Below are positions 37,572 through 47,054 of a DNA stretch of 64,000 nucleotides, piece by piece (positions within the stretch are counted from its first letter, which is position 1; the number at the start of each line of letters is the position of its first letter). The stretch is from Candidatus Doudnabacteria bacterium (lineage in GTDB: Bacteria; Patescibacteriota; Doudnabacteria; UBA920). A model generated the notes under the pieces. That model was not told where the DNA came from. It worked only from the letters and a program-made list of their open reading frames with translations, and searched no databases. The position numbers and the translations under genes were made by a program. The stretch covers positions 28,981 to 92,980 of the forward strand of contig PLYC01000020.1 in NCBI GenBank assembly GCA_003151625.1, given 5' to 3'.

Positions 37572-38594
37572 ATGATAAATATTATTTCAAAAAGCCATAA
37601 TCGTTTGTTGGCTTCCGGACCCAAGAAGGTCGTGGACAATTTAATTAAGGGTTTGGATGCTATTGGTTATCCGTATGCCATAAATCGGCGCTTGGACGCC
37701 TGCCAAAGGCTTTGGATACACGACGATTTAGACGCCCTGTGGCAAATAAAAAAATTACCCACGGAGATTAAGGTGGCTATTGGACCGAATTTGTTTGTAA
37801 AGCCCTCGCAGGTGCCAAAGGGTTTGGATTTGTCGCGCGCGGTTTATTTGCAGCCTTCGCGCTGGACAGCGGACTTTTGGCAAAAGTTTGGCTTTAACGG
37901 CTGTCCGGTGGATGTTTGGCCCACGGGAATAGATACCACGGAATTTTCTCCTGCTTTGGGCGACAAAAGTTTTGTGCTGGTTTATTTTAAGCAGCGTTCA
38001 GCCGCGGAGCTGGAGTTTGTAAAGCAGGAGCTTGTAAGCCGGGGGCTTCATCATAAAGTTGTGCAGTATCCAAAATACCGGGAATCGGAATATAAAAAAA
38101 TGCTTGCCCAGGCGCGTTATATGATTTGGCTGGGCGGTCAGGAAAGCCAGGGGCTAGCGCTTCTTGAGGGCTTGAGCTGTAATATTCCCATGCTGGTCTG
38201 CGACGTAGGACGAATTGGCGACAGCGTTGTATCAAAAAAAAATACCGGCCTGTTTACCGGGGAAGAAAGTGTTTTTCCCGCCACTAGTGCGGAATATTTT
38301 GACAGCCGTTGCGGTATAAAAATAAAACAGTTAAAAGAGTTGCCTTCCGCTTTGGACCGAATGGAAAAAGAATGGAAAGCTTTTAACCCGCGTGAATATA
38401 TTTTACAAAGTTTAAGCTTGGAAAAACAGGCCAAAGATTTTGTGGAAATTTACCAAAAGCATTTTGGTTTGGGTTTTGGGGAGGGATTTGGTGAAAAATT
38501 GTTGAATCGGGGCAAGTGGAAAAACGACATTTGGCGGTATAAGGCTGTCGGATGGGCTAAAGACTGTATTAAAATTTTGCAAAGAGCCGTATGA
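37572..38594 (+). CDS. putative GT-B fold glycosyltransferase (GT4-like C-terminal motif)
   Basis: 340 aa; RYMIWLGGQESQGLALLEGLSCNIPMLVCD resembles the E-x7-E region. Confidence 0.4.
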   Translation: MINIISKSHNRLLASGPKKVVDNLIKGLDAIGYPYAINRRLDACQRLWIHDDLDALWQIKKLPTEIKVAIGPNLFVKPSQVPKGLDLSRAVYLQPSRWTADFWQKFGFNGCPVDVWPTGIDTTEFSPALGDKSFVLVYFKQRSAAELEFVKQELVSRGLHHKVVQYPKYRESEYKKMLAQARYMIWLGGQESQGLALLEGLSCNIPMLVCDVGRIGDSVVSKKNTGLFTGEESVFPATSAEYFDSRCGIKIKQLKELPSALDRMEKEWKAFNPREYILQSLSLEKQAKDFVEIYQKHFGLGFGEGFGEKLLNRGKWKNDIWRYKAVGWAKDCIKILQRAV

Positions 38595-38748
38595 CCGGAT
38601 TAAGTATGTGTTACACGTTTAAAAGTCCGTTCGGCAACAGGCTCTGTATAAAAGATAGGTTATTGTGCATTGAAAATACCGAGGAAATCAGCTATAATTT
38701 TTTTAAGTTAAAGAAATAAGGTGGCAATTTGCCTGGAAAGCCAATTTT

Positions 38749-39084
38749 ATGTTTAATATCGGCGTTGATGTTATAGAAATAAGCCGGTTTAGGTCAATAG
38801 AAAATTTAGAACGTGCAGCGGAATTTTTTTTGCTGGAAGAGGAACTGGAGATGGCTCGCCAGGCACCCGACATTTATCAGCATCTGGCTTCGCGATTTGC
38901 CTTAAAAGAGGCGGTTATTAAAGCCATGCCGGAGGCGATTTTTTACCATGATTTTCAAATAGTTAAGCAGGGGACGGCGCCCAAAGTCAAATTGTTGAAA
39001 GAGCACTTAAAAGAATACCAGGTTGCCGTGAGTTTGGCTCACACCGAAACTTCCGCCATTGGTTTTGCCATGGTTAATTTTTAA
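38749..39084 (+). CDS. acpS: holo-[acyl-carrier-protein] synthase (AcpS-type 4'-phosphopantetheinyl transferase)
   Basis: 111 aa; MFNIGVDVIEISRF...RFALKEAVIKA matches AcpS motifs (G.D..EI.R / RFA.KEA..KA). Confidence 0.65.
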   Translation: MFNIGVDVIEISRFRSIENLERAAEFFLLEEELEMARQAPDIYQHLASRFALKEAVIKAMPEAIFYHDFQIVKQGTAPKVKLLKEHLKEYQVAVSLAHTETSAIGFAMVNF

Positions 39085-39087
39085 AAT

Positions 39088-40833
39088 ATGGACTCGTTAA
39101 CTTACTTTAAACTCGCAAATTCATTGCCCGAATTAAATCCCGGAGATTTTTCCCAGAAAATTAAAGTTAATTTGCTGACTAATTTTACCGATGACATTCT
39201 TGCAAAAATGCTCACCGGCGCTTTTATAAATGTAGGAATTTATCCGGAATTTTTTAAAGTCCCTTATAAGCAGTATGTGGTTTATTTAAAGAATAAAGAT
39301 AGTAAATTATTTTCCGCTCCGGCGCAGGTCACTTATATTTTTTTTGACATTAGTTCGTATATGCCTTCGGAATTGGCGGCACAGAGCGGCGAGGAATTTC
39401 CAGGTTTGTTGGAAGACATCAAGGATTATTGCCAAAAACAACAGGGGATTGTGGTCATGAATAGTTTTATTAGGCCATATGTAAGTGCTTATGGGAACTT
39501 ATATGGGGACAACCCATTATTTAATTTGGTTGGTAGTTTTAATGACCGGTTACAGAAGCTCGCTGCGGAGTTACCAAATTTTTACGTTTTTGATACAAAT
39601 CAGCTTATCCATTCAGTGGGGGAGGATAGTGCCCGCGACATGCGGGGCATGTATGCTTTTGACATACCCTTCAAAACGGATTTTTTTGAGCAACTGACAA
39701 GGCACTGGATAAATTACGCCTTAAATTTGTTGGGAAGGGTGAAAAAATGCATAGTTCTGGATTTGGATAACGTGCTCTGGGGAGGAGTTTTGGGCGAGGT
39801 TGGTGTTGATGGAATTGCCTTGGGTCCTACTTATCCGGGCGTTGCTTTCCAGAATTTTCAGCGTGCCCTATTGGAATATTATGAGCGGGGTGTTTTACTC
39901 GCCATAAACAGCCGTAACAATGAGCGGGATGTGGAGGAGGTTTTTAGCCAGCATCCTTATATGCTGCTTAAGCCTCAGCATTTTGCGGCTTCCAGGATAA
40001 ACTGGAAAAATAAGGCGGATAATTTTTTGGAAATCGCCAAGGAATTGAATTTAGGATTGGACAGTATGGTTTTTTTGGATGACGATCCGGTAAACCGGGA
40101 TTGGGTCCGGCAAAATGTCGGCCAGGTTTTAGTGCCGGAATTCAGTCTGGAGCCCGAGTATTATTCCAAAACCTTGCATGACCTGCCGGTATTCACGCCT
40201 TTTAACCTGACTGCGGAAGATAAATTAAAAGGGCAAATGTATTCGCAGGAGAAGCGAAGGACGTCGGCGCAGGCCGCCTCGCAGACTTTTGATGACTACC
40301 TGAAGCAGCTATTGGTCAAATTGGAGATCTCACTTAATAACGCATCGCAGATTCCCAGACTATCGCAAATGACTTTAAAGACCAATCAGTTTAATTTTAC
40401 CACCAAAAGATATACGGAAAAGGACATTGAAAAATTAATGCAGGAGGGTTTGGTTTTTGCCGCCGATATTTCCGACAAATTTGGCGGTTACGGGATAACG
40501 GCTTTGGCCATTATCACCAAAGATCCCGGCAAAGAAGGCGGCGCGATTTTGGATTCCTTTTTGTTAAGTTGTCGCGTGCTCGGCAGAGGCGTGGAACGTT
40601 CTTTTTTTGATTTTCTAATCGGACAAGCATTCGCCGCCGGTTTTAAGGTTTTGAGTGTGCCCTTTTTTGCTTCTGCAAAAAACGTCCCGGCAAGAGAGTT
40701 TTTAGACAAGTTGGGGTTGTCTGTTGAGTTGGAAACTAACGAAAGCCTTATCCGCCGTGTCGTTATTCCGGAATATTTGTCCAACTTGGCCGAGCCGGAA
40801 TCTATAACCATTAATTATGAAAAAAAGATATGA
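39088..40833 (+). CDS. FkbH-like HAD-superfamily (subfamily IIIC) carrier-protein loading enzyme
   Basis: 581 aa; HAD motif I CIVLDLDNVLWGGVLGEVG, LAINSRNNE, FLDDDPVNR motifs of the FkbH domain; C-terminal acyltransferase-like region. Confidence 0.7.
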   Translation: MDSLTYFKLANSLPELNPGDFSQKIKVNLLTNFTDDILAKMLTGAFINVGIYPEFFKVPYKQYVVYLKNKDSKLFSAPAQVTYIFFDISSYMPSELAAQSGEEFPGLLEDIKDYCQKQQGIVVMNSFIRPYVSAYGNLYGDNPLFNLVGSFNDRLQKLAAELPNFYVFDTNQLIHSVGEDSARDMRGMYAFDIPFKTDFFEQLTRHWINYALNLLGRVKKCIVLDLDNVLWGGVLGEVGVDGIALGPTYPGVAFQNFQRALLEYYERGVLLAINSRNNERDVEEVFSQHPYMLLKPQHFAASRINWKNKADNFLEIAKELNLGLDSMVFLDDDPVNRDWVRQNVGQVLVPEFSLEPEYYSKTLHDLPVFTPFNLTAEDKLKGQMYSQEKRRTSAQAASQTFDDYLKQLLVKLEISLNNASQIPRLSQMTLKTNQFNFTTKRYTEKDIEKLMQEGLVFAADISDKFGGYGITALAIITKDPGKEGGAILDSFLLSCRVLGRGVERSFFDFLIGQAFAAGFKVLSVPFFASAKNVPAREFLDKLGLSVELETNESLIRRVVIPEYLSNLAEPESITINYEKKI

Positions 40834-41066
40834 GCAAATTGTCCAAAATTTTTTCCTCTGTTTTGAACATTGATGAAAGCAAAATCGTTCCCGAACTTTC
40901 CCCTCAAAACACTTCGTCTTGGGATTCCCTCAACGCCATAATTTTGATTACAGAAATTGAAAAAGTTTTTAATATAAAGTTTAATTATGATGAAGCCATG
41001 GATGTAAAAAATTATAACGACGTTTTAGTCCTGGTTAAGGCAAAAGGGGGAGACACTAATGCCTAA
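40830..41066 (+). CDS. acyl carrier protein
   Basis: 78 aa; phosphopantetheine attachment context TSSWDSLNAIILITEIEK (DSL); 4-bp overlap with FkbH gene. Confidence 0.65.
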   Translation: MSKLSKIFSSVLNIDESKIVPELSPQNTSSWDSLNAIILITEIEKVFNIKFNYDEAMDVKNYNDVLVLVKAKGGDTNA

Positions 41067-41490
41067 AGCCTCGATAGCAATCACTTTTGCTCAACTGCGG
41101 GTGGGAGATGTGGCGGGTTTTGCACAAAAATTTTCGCCAAAGATGGTCGCCGGTTTTGCCAAACTGTCGGGTAATTATAACCCGCTTCATACCGACCCCG
41201 TTTTTGCCGCGAAAACGGAATTTAAAAAACCAATTGCCTATGGCATGCAGGCGGGCGCGCTTTTTTCCCGATTGCTCGGAATGTATTTACCCGGCAAATA
41301 CGGAATATGCCTGTCACAAACTTTGTCTTTCCATAAACCCATTTATTTTAACACCAAAGTTTCAGTGGAAGGCAAAGTTTTGCAAAAGGTAGAAAGCCTG
41401 CATTTGGCTAAAATTGAAACTAAAATATTTAACTCGGCCGATAATGAGTTATTGGTTTCCGGAGAGGCCTTGGTAAAATTGCTTAAATGA
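41059..41490 (+). CDS. MaoC-like (hotdog fold) dehydratase
   Basis: 143 aa; GNYNPLHTDPVFA motif typical of MaoC dehydratase domain; overlaps ACP gene by 8 bp. Confidence 0.65.
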   Translation: MPKASIAITFAQLRVGDVAGFAQKFSPKMVAGFAKLSGNYNPLHTDPVFAAKTEFKKPIAYGMQAGALFSRLLGMYLPGKYGICLSQTLSFHKPIYFNTKVSVEGKVLQKVESLHLAKIETKIFNSADNELLVSGEALVKLLK

Positions 41491-42974
41491 CTTTTAACTC
41501 TCCCCAGTTTGTACTTTTTTTTATCGCGGTAGCGACTGCCTATTTTTTGATGCCCTACCGTTTTCGCTGGCTGCTGCTGCTGGGGGCCAGTTGCTATTTT
41601 TACATGGCGTTTATTCCGGCCTACGTCCTAATATTATTGGCTATGGTTGTAATAGACTATTTTGCAGGAATATTTATTGAAAAAAGTAGCGGCCACAGAA
41701 GAAAGTTTTTTTTAATTTTAAGTATATGTTCCAATATTGGAATTTTGGCATTTTTTAAGTATTTTAATTTTTTTTCCGTTAACCTCACCGTTTTAGCCCG
41801 ATTCTTGGACTGGAATTATAGTCTTCCGCTTCTGTCTTTGGCTCTTCCGTTGGGTTTGTCATTCCATACTTTTCAAGCTTTGAGCTACACTATTGAAGTC
41901 TATCGCGGCAAGCATAAAGCCGAGCGGCATTTTGGCATTTATGCCCTATATGTCATGTTCTTCCCCCAACTGGTGGCTGGACCAATTGAGAGGCCTCAGC
42001 ATTTATTGCCTCAACTCCACCAAAATCACGATTTTGATTACGAACGGGTTACCACCGGTTTAAAACGCATGGCTTGGGGATTTTTTAAAAAAATGGTAGT
42101 GGCAGACCATCTCGCGATTATGGTTAATATTGTTTACGGCAACCCCCAAAAGTTTTCCGGCCCGGCTTTAATTTTAGCCACTGTCTTTTTCGCTTTCCAG
42201 CTTTACTCCGACTTTTCCGCTTACACGGATATTGCCTTGGGTTCCGCCCAAGTGCTCGGAATAAAACTGGTGGAAAATTTTGAAAGGCCGTTCTTTTCCA
42301 AATCCATTGCCGAGTTTTGGCGCCGCTGGCACATCTCCCTGTCGACTTGGTTCAGGGATTATGTTTTTTATCCGTTGGCTTTTGGTTCCAAAAATACCAC
42401 GCGCCTGAAATTATACTTTGCCATTATGGCCACCTTCCTCCTAAGCGGCCTCTGGCACGGGGCCGGCTGGACTTACGTGGTAATGGGCGGCCTGTACGGA
42501 TTTTTTATTTGTTTTTCCCAGGCCACCAAAGCTTATCGGGACAGTATTATTCATTTTTTTAGACTGGACCGCGCCCCGGCGTTATTGCGGTTGTTGCGGG
42601 TTGGCACGACTTTTGTTTTGGCTTGCATAGCCTGGATTTTTTTTCGCGCGGTAAATTTAACGGATGCCTGGTACATCCTATTCCATTTGGGTTCGGGGCT
42701 GGGTTCTTTTTTGGACCGGTTTTACAGTTATTATGTCTGGAAAAATCTTCTTTCTCTAAATGGTGCAATGACAGACAGGAAAACAATAATAGTTTGTCTT
42801 TTGGGGATAGCGGTAATTATGCTTTCGGAGTTGCTCCAGCGGCAGGCTTCCTTATGGCAGTGGCTGCCTGCGCAACCAGCTTATGCCAGATGGCCTTTGT
42901 ATTACTTAGTCGTGGGTTCTATTTTGTTGTTTGGCGTGTTCGGCGCGAAGCAGTTTATTTATTTCCAATTCTGA
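41487..42974 (+). CDS. MBOAT-family membrane-bound O-acyltransferase (DltB/AlgI-like), copy 2
   Basis: 495 aa; ~65-70% aa identity to copy 1 (FHTFQALSYTIEVYRGKHKAERHFGIYALYVMFFPQLVAGPIERP; WRRWHISLSTWFRDYVFYPL). Confidence 0.8.
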   Translation: MTFNSPQFVLFFIAVATAYFLMPYRFRWLLLLGASCYFYMAFIPAYVLILLAMVVIDYFAGIFIEKSSGHRRKFFLILSICSNIGILAFFKYFNFFSVNLTVLARFLDWNYSLPLLSLALPLGLSFHTFQALSYTIEVYRGKHKAERHFGIYALYVMFFPQLVAGPIERPQHLLPQLHQNHDFDYERVTTGLKRMAWGFFKKMVVADHLAIMVNIVYGNPQKFSGPALILATVFFAFQLYSDFSAYTDIALGSAQVLGIKLVENFERPFFSKSIAEFWRRWHISLSTWFRDYVFYPLAFGSKNTTRLKLYFAIMATFLLSGLWHGAGWTYVVMGGLYGFFICFSQATKAYRDSIIHFFRLDRAPALLRLLRVGTTFVLACIAWIFFRAVNLTDAWYILFHLGSGLGSFLDRFYSYYVWKNLLSLNGAMTDRKTIIVCLLGIAVIMLSELLQRQASLWQWLPAQPAYARWPLYYLVVGSILLFGVFGAKQFIYFQF

Positions 42975-42980
42975 GGTATT

Positions 42981-44117
42981 ATGAAAAGATTCTTTTTAAA
43001 AGTTTTTGCCTTGTGTCTGCCTTTTATTTTGCTTTTGGCTTTTCCTCTGCTCGTCCAGCTTAAGTCCGGAGAGCTTTTATCCGCTCAGGATGTAATTAAG
43101 CAACAAATTTCAAAACAGCGGCAAGTATTATACGGACCCGCCTACAGCAATCAGAACGATTATTATAAGCTAACAATGGCCAGCCGGTTGAAACCGGAAA
43201 TTTTGGCTTTAGGGGATTCTAAAGTTTTGGGGTTTAGGGCCGGGTTTTTTAAACAGCCCGGACAGTTTTATAATGCCAACTCCGTAATTTACGCGCCGAA
43301 CGAATTTAAAGATTTTGTTTCCGCGTTGCCTCAAAAGCCAAAGCTATTGATTATCAATATCGATCCGGTTGAATACGATCCCGGTCTCCCAACCAGCACA
43401 AGCGACATTACTAAGCAGTTTACGGTCGGATCGGTTTGGGACAACGACACTAACATTTTTTTTAACAGCTTTTTGTCGGTTTATACCGATTATTTCAAAA
43501 ATAAATTTTCCCTGCGGCAGCTGTTCCAAAACCAGGGAGTGAAAAAAATTGGCTTGACTGCGTTAATAAACGGACAGGGAATAAGGAATGACGGTAGTTA
43601 CTATTTCGGGTCGGATTCGGCAGACCCAACCCATGCCGGCAACATTAGCCGCGTGGCTCACATAGTAGATTTTGTTCAGCACAACGGAGGCAGTCCCAGT
43701 GGCAATAATTTTTCCGAAGCCGGTGTATTGCAGCTGGAAGACTTCTTTAATTATTGTCAGAAAAATAATATTTACGTTATCGGCTACATCTCGCCCCAAC
43801 CGCATGCGGTCGTAGAAGCATATAAAAATAATCCGGTTTACGCTTATATGTTTTTGACGGATTCAAAAATCAGGCCGCTGTTTGAAAAATTTCATTTTGG
43901 GTTTTTCAACTATTTTGACTTAGCATCGCTCAGCGCGCCGGACTCCGAATCGTACGACGGTTATCACATTACTGAAAAAGCCACCCTGCGAATACTTATT
44001 AAAATGGCCCAGCAAGATCCGGTTTTGCAGCAGCAGGTCGATTTGAAATTCTTGCAGAAAACTCTGGCTGAAGCAAAGGGGCAGAACGATGTTTTAGCGG
44101 ATCCTGCCGCCAATTAG
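42981..44117 (+). CDS. SGNH-like / DltD-like periplasmic partner of MBOAT copy 2
   Basis: 378 aa; N-terminal anchor; ILALGDSKVLGF (GDS block) ; position directly after MBOAT as in AlgI-AlgJ and DltB-DltD pairs. Confidence 0.5.
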   Translation: MKRFFLKVFALCLPFILLLAFPLLVQLKSGELLSAQDVIKQQISKQRQVLYGPAYSNQNDYYKLTMASRLKPEILALGDSKVLGFRAGFFKQPGQFYNANSVIYAPNEFKDFVSALPQKPKLLIINIDPVEYDPGLPTSTSDITKQFTVGSVWDNDTNIFFNSFLSVYTDYFKNKFSLRQLFQNQGVKKIGLTALINGQGIRNDGSYYFGSDSADPTHAGNISRVAHIVDFVQHNGGSPSGNNFSEAGVLQLEDFFNYCQKNNIYVIGYISPQPHAVVEAYKNNPVYAYMFLTDSKIRPLFEKFHFGFFNYFDLASLSAPDSESYDGYHITEKATLRILIKMAQQDPVLQQQVDLKFLQKTLAEAKGQNDVLADPAAN

Positions 44118-44186
44118 AGCCCTTTGTTTCGGGATTTAAAATTGCCTGTCGTTCTGTTCGTCTGATTAATCATTTAAATCAAATCT

Positions 44187-44996
44187 ATGCCCAAAGTTTC
44201 CATAATAATGTCAACCTATAACGACGCCGAGTTTTTGCCTGAGGCCATGCAAAGCGTTTTGGGGCAGAGTTTTAATGACTTTGAATTTTTAATAGTTGAC
44301 GATAATTCTTCAGATACAACAAAAAATATTCTGGCAGATTATCAGGTTAAAGACCCCAGGATTATTTTTTGGAGCAACCCTGTTAACCAAGGCTTGACCA
44401 AAAATTTAAATGCCGCCCTGGCTAAGGCCAGGGGAGAATTTATGGCTCGCCTGGACAGTGATGACGCCTGGTTGGATAAAAATAAGCTTAAAAAACAATT
44501 GGACTTTCTGGACAAGAATCCAAATTATTGTTTAGTTGGCTGTTGGGCGGAGGTATGCGGCCCAAAGAACAAGAAACTTTATGACTTAAAATATCCTGCC
44601 GGGGACGGGGAGATCCGCGAACAGTTACTGGTTAGGAATTGTTTTGTTCACAGCGGTATTTTGGCCAGGACAAACGCTGTTAAAGAAGCGGGTGTTTACG
44701 GCGCAGGCCGTCAATATATAGAGGATTACGCACTATGGCTGGAGCTTGGAAAGAGGTATAAGTTTGGCAATATTCCGGAGATTATGGTAAGCTACCGCGT
44801 GAATGATTTGGGCATAACCCGGACAAAAAATAAAGAACAAATTAAAGCGGTACTGTCTTTAATTAAGGAATACCGCAATGCCTACCCTAACTATGCTTTG
44901 GCATTACTTAAGTGGTCTTTACAATACGCCTTAAGTTTTGTAGGCTTAACAGGAAGAGTAAATGTCTTAAAAAAAATCTTTAAGAAAGAGATCTAA
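44187..44996 (+). CDS. glycosyltransferase family 2
   Basis: 269 aa; VSIIMSTYNDAEFLPEAMQSVLGQSFNDFEFLIVDDNSSD; LDSDD motif. Confidence 0.75.
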   Translation: MPKVSIIMSTYNDAEFLPEAMQSVLGQSFNDFEFLIVDDNSSDTTKNILADYQVKDPRIIFWSNPVNQGLTKNLNAALAKARGEFMARLDSDDAWLDKNKLKKQLDFLDKNPNYCLVGCWAEVCGPKNKKLYDLKYPAGDGEIREQLLVRNCFVHSGILARTNAVKEAGVYGAGRQYIEDYALWLELGKRYKFGNIPEIMVSYRVNDLGITRTKNKEQIKAVLSLIKEYRNAYPNYALALLKWSLQYALSFVGLTGRVNVLKKIFKKEI

Positions 44997-46303
44997 TGCA
45001 GGGAAGCAAGGGGCTAATAAAATTTTGGTTAATTTTTGTGCCGGTGACGGCGTTGTTTTATGTTGGCCTATGGCTGTCGATAATTTTTAGATACCAGGAC
45101 ACCCTGGGGCACGCTTCGACCGCACAGCTATTGCAAACATTCAGCTATATTTTTTTGCTGTGGCTGGTTGTGTTTTTTATTCACGGCCTGTTTGAGGTCG
45201 GGGTGTTTCGTCGTTATACCGGAATGGTGTTTAGTTTGGCCTCGGCTATGGCAGTCAATGTTCTTATCGCGGTTATTTATTTTTACTTCCAACCCAACCT
45301 AATTCTTACCCCGAGGCGTTTTTTGCTTATTGATGTAATTATAACTTTTATTTTGCTGCTCGTTTGGTATTTATTAATGAAGTATTTTTTGCAAAATAAG
45401 CTGGTGGAAGGAATTTATATTTTTTCTTTTGACGGAGAGCTGTGGGAATTGGAGAAAGAAATATTGGCACACGGTTATTTGGGGTATAAAGTTTTAGGCC
45501 GTCTTACAGGAGGTTCTCTGGGTGAGGCTAAGGTTGAAAAAAATTCCATTATTATTCTGCCCGATAATTTGCATTCTACTCCTCAGGTCAGCGAACAGCT
45601 TTACCGTTTAAGGACGAGCGGGGTAATATTTTACAATCATAAGGATTTTTACGAACTGCTTCTCCGCCGGATTTATCTTTCCGATTTAAACGAGTTGTGG
45701 TTTTTGGAAAATATCGATTACCAGGAAAAAAGGTTTTACAATATCGGCAAAAGGATTGTGGATATAGCGCTGGGTTTTATTGGCATATTTTTTTTCCTTC
45801 TTAGCTATCCTTTCTGCGCATTGGCCATTAAGCTAAACAGCGCGGGGCCGACTTTATTTGTGCAGGAGCGGGTGGGCAAGCAGGGGAAACTGTTTAAGGT
45901 ATATAAATATAGAAGCATGAGCGGCGGATCGACCAATACCTGGACGCAGGTGGACGACCCCAGAATTACCCGAGCGGGAAAATTTTTGCGCAAAAGCAGA
46001 ATAGACGAATGGCCGCAGTTTATTAACCTTCTGCTCGGACATATTAGTTTGGTCGGGCCGCGTCCAGAACAACCGCATATTGTTGAACAGTTAAAAACCC
46101 AAATTCCGTTTTACGACGAAAGGCATCTTGTAAAACCCGGCATTACCGGTTGGGCACAGCTCAACATTTACGCCGGAAGCCTGGAAGAAAGCAAACTCAA
46201 ACTCCAATACGACCTTTACTACATTAAGCACCGCAGTTTTCTGTTTGATTTGGAAATAATTCTTAAGACAATTTATTACATATTCACGTGGCAAGGACGA
46301 TAA
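44996..46303 (+). CDS. polyprenyl glycosylphosphotransferase (WbaP/PglC-type initiating sugar transferase)
   Basis: 435 aa; C-terminal bacterial sugar transferase domain: KRIVDIALGFIGIFFFLL..., GPTLFVQERVGKQGKLFKVYKYRSM, DEWPQFINLLLGHISLVGPRPE. Confidence 0.8.
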   Translation: MQGSKGLIKFWLIFVPVTALFYVGLWLSIIFRYQDTLGHASTAQLLQTFSYIFLLWLVVFFIHGLFEVGVFRRYTGMVFSLASAMAVNVLIAVIYFYFQPNLILTPRRFLLIDVIITFILLLVWYLLMKYFLQNKLVEGIYIFSFDGELWELEKEILAHGYLGYKVLGRLTGGSLGEAKVEKNSIIILPDNLHSTPQVSEQLYRLRTSGVIFYNHKDFYELLLRRIYLSDLNELWFLENIDYQEKRFYNIGKRIVDIALGFIGIFFFLLSYPFCALAIKLNSAGPTLFVQERVGKQGKLFKVYKYRSMSGGSTNTWTQVDDPRITRAGKFLRKSRIDEWPQFINLLLGHISLVGPRPEQPHIVEQLKTQIPFYDERHLVKPGITGWAQLNIYAGSLEESKLKLQYDLYYIKHRSFLFDLEIILKTIYYIFTWQGR

Positions 46304-46468
46304 TTAAATATATCTGTGTAAAACTTTCTTAAACACAAGCAAAATATCAGCTTTTTGCTTATTTGACGGCAGTTTTTAAAAAGGTATAATTTAAATAGTG
46401 GGTTAAAATAAAGGTTCCTCGCAGCATAACTGACGAGGTATTACTGCAAGGGAACAAACTATCATTTC

Positions 46469-46556
46469 GGAGCAAAGCTCCGAGGTATTGAACCTGTATT
46501 AGCTCCTCGGCTCGGAGATAAACAAGCAAGCTTGTTTATCTCTCTCGCCCTACGTC
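46469..46556 (-). repeat. intergenic structured repeat element, copy D (same family as 10264-10362)
   Basis: Reverse complement reads GACGTAGGGCGAGAG + hairpin GAGATAAACAAGC-aa-GCTTGTTTATCTC (46515-46542) + CCGAGCCGAGGAGCTAATACAGGTTCAATACCTCGGAGCTTTGCTCC. Confidence 0.6.
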
Positions 46557-46692
46557 GCGAATAAAACCATTTTTAAACAAAATAACATTAACCAAAAGAC
46601 GTCCCAGAGCCGCCCCCAGGCGGTTTTAATTTTAAAATAATTAACCTCCCAAAATTTCTTTTAGAAGTTTAGGTGGGTAAAGAACAAAATTT

Positions 46693-47049
46693 ATGACAAA
46701 AATGCAAAAAGTTTGGTTAGGCATATTCCTGGCAATGTTCATCGTGCCAGAGGTGCTGTGGAGTCCAATATATAAATTTTGGTATAGCTTAAAAAATCCA
46801 ACCATTGGCGGGAATTATGCAATTATTAGACAAAATATTTTGGATAACAGCGGAAATGCTGGTCTATGGAGCAATTTGCTTTTACTGCAATTTTTCGGAC
46901 TAGCTTTTGCAGCAATCTATTTGGTAGTTATCAGAAAATCTATTACCCATAAATGGGTTGCTTGGTTGTTCTCTTTGATTTTCATGTTAGCTGGGTTGTA
47001 TGTTTTGTGGACGTATGCGCTATCAACAATAAGTATTAAGATTTTATAA
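46693..47049 (+). CDS. small integral membrane protein (hypothetical)
   Basis: 118 aa, 3-4 hydrophobic helices; low-GC. Confidence 0.45.
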   Translation: MTKMQKVWLGIFLAMFIVPEVLWSPIYKFWYSLKNPTIGGNYAIIRQNILDNSGNAGLWSNLLLLQFFGLAFAAIYLVVIRKSITHKWVAWLFSLIFMLAGLYVLWTYALSTISIKIL

Positions 47050-47054
47050 ATGTT

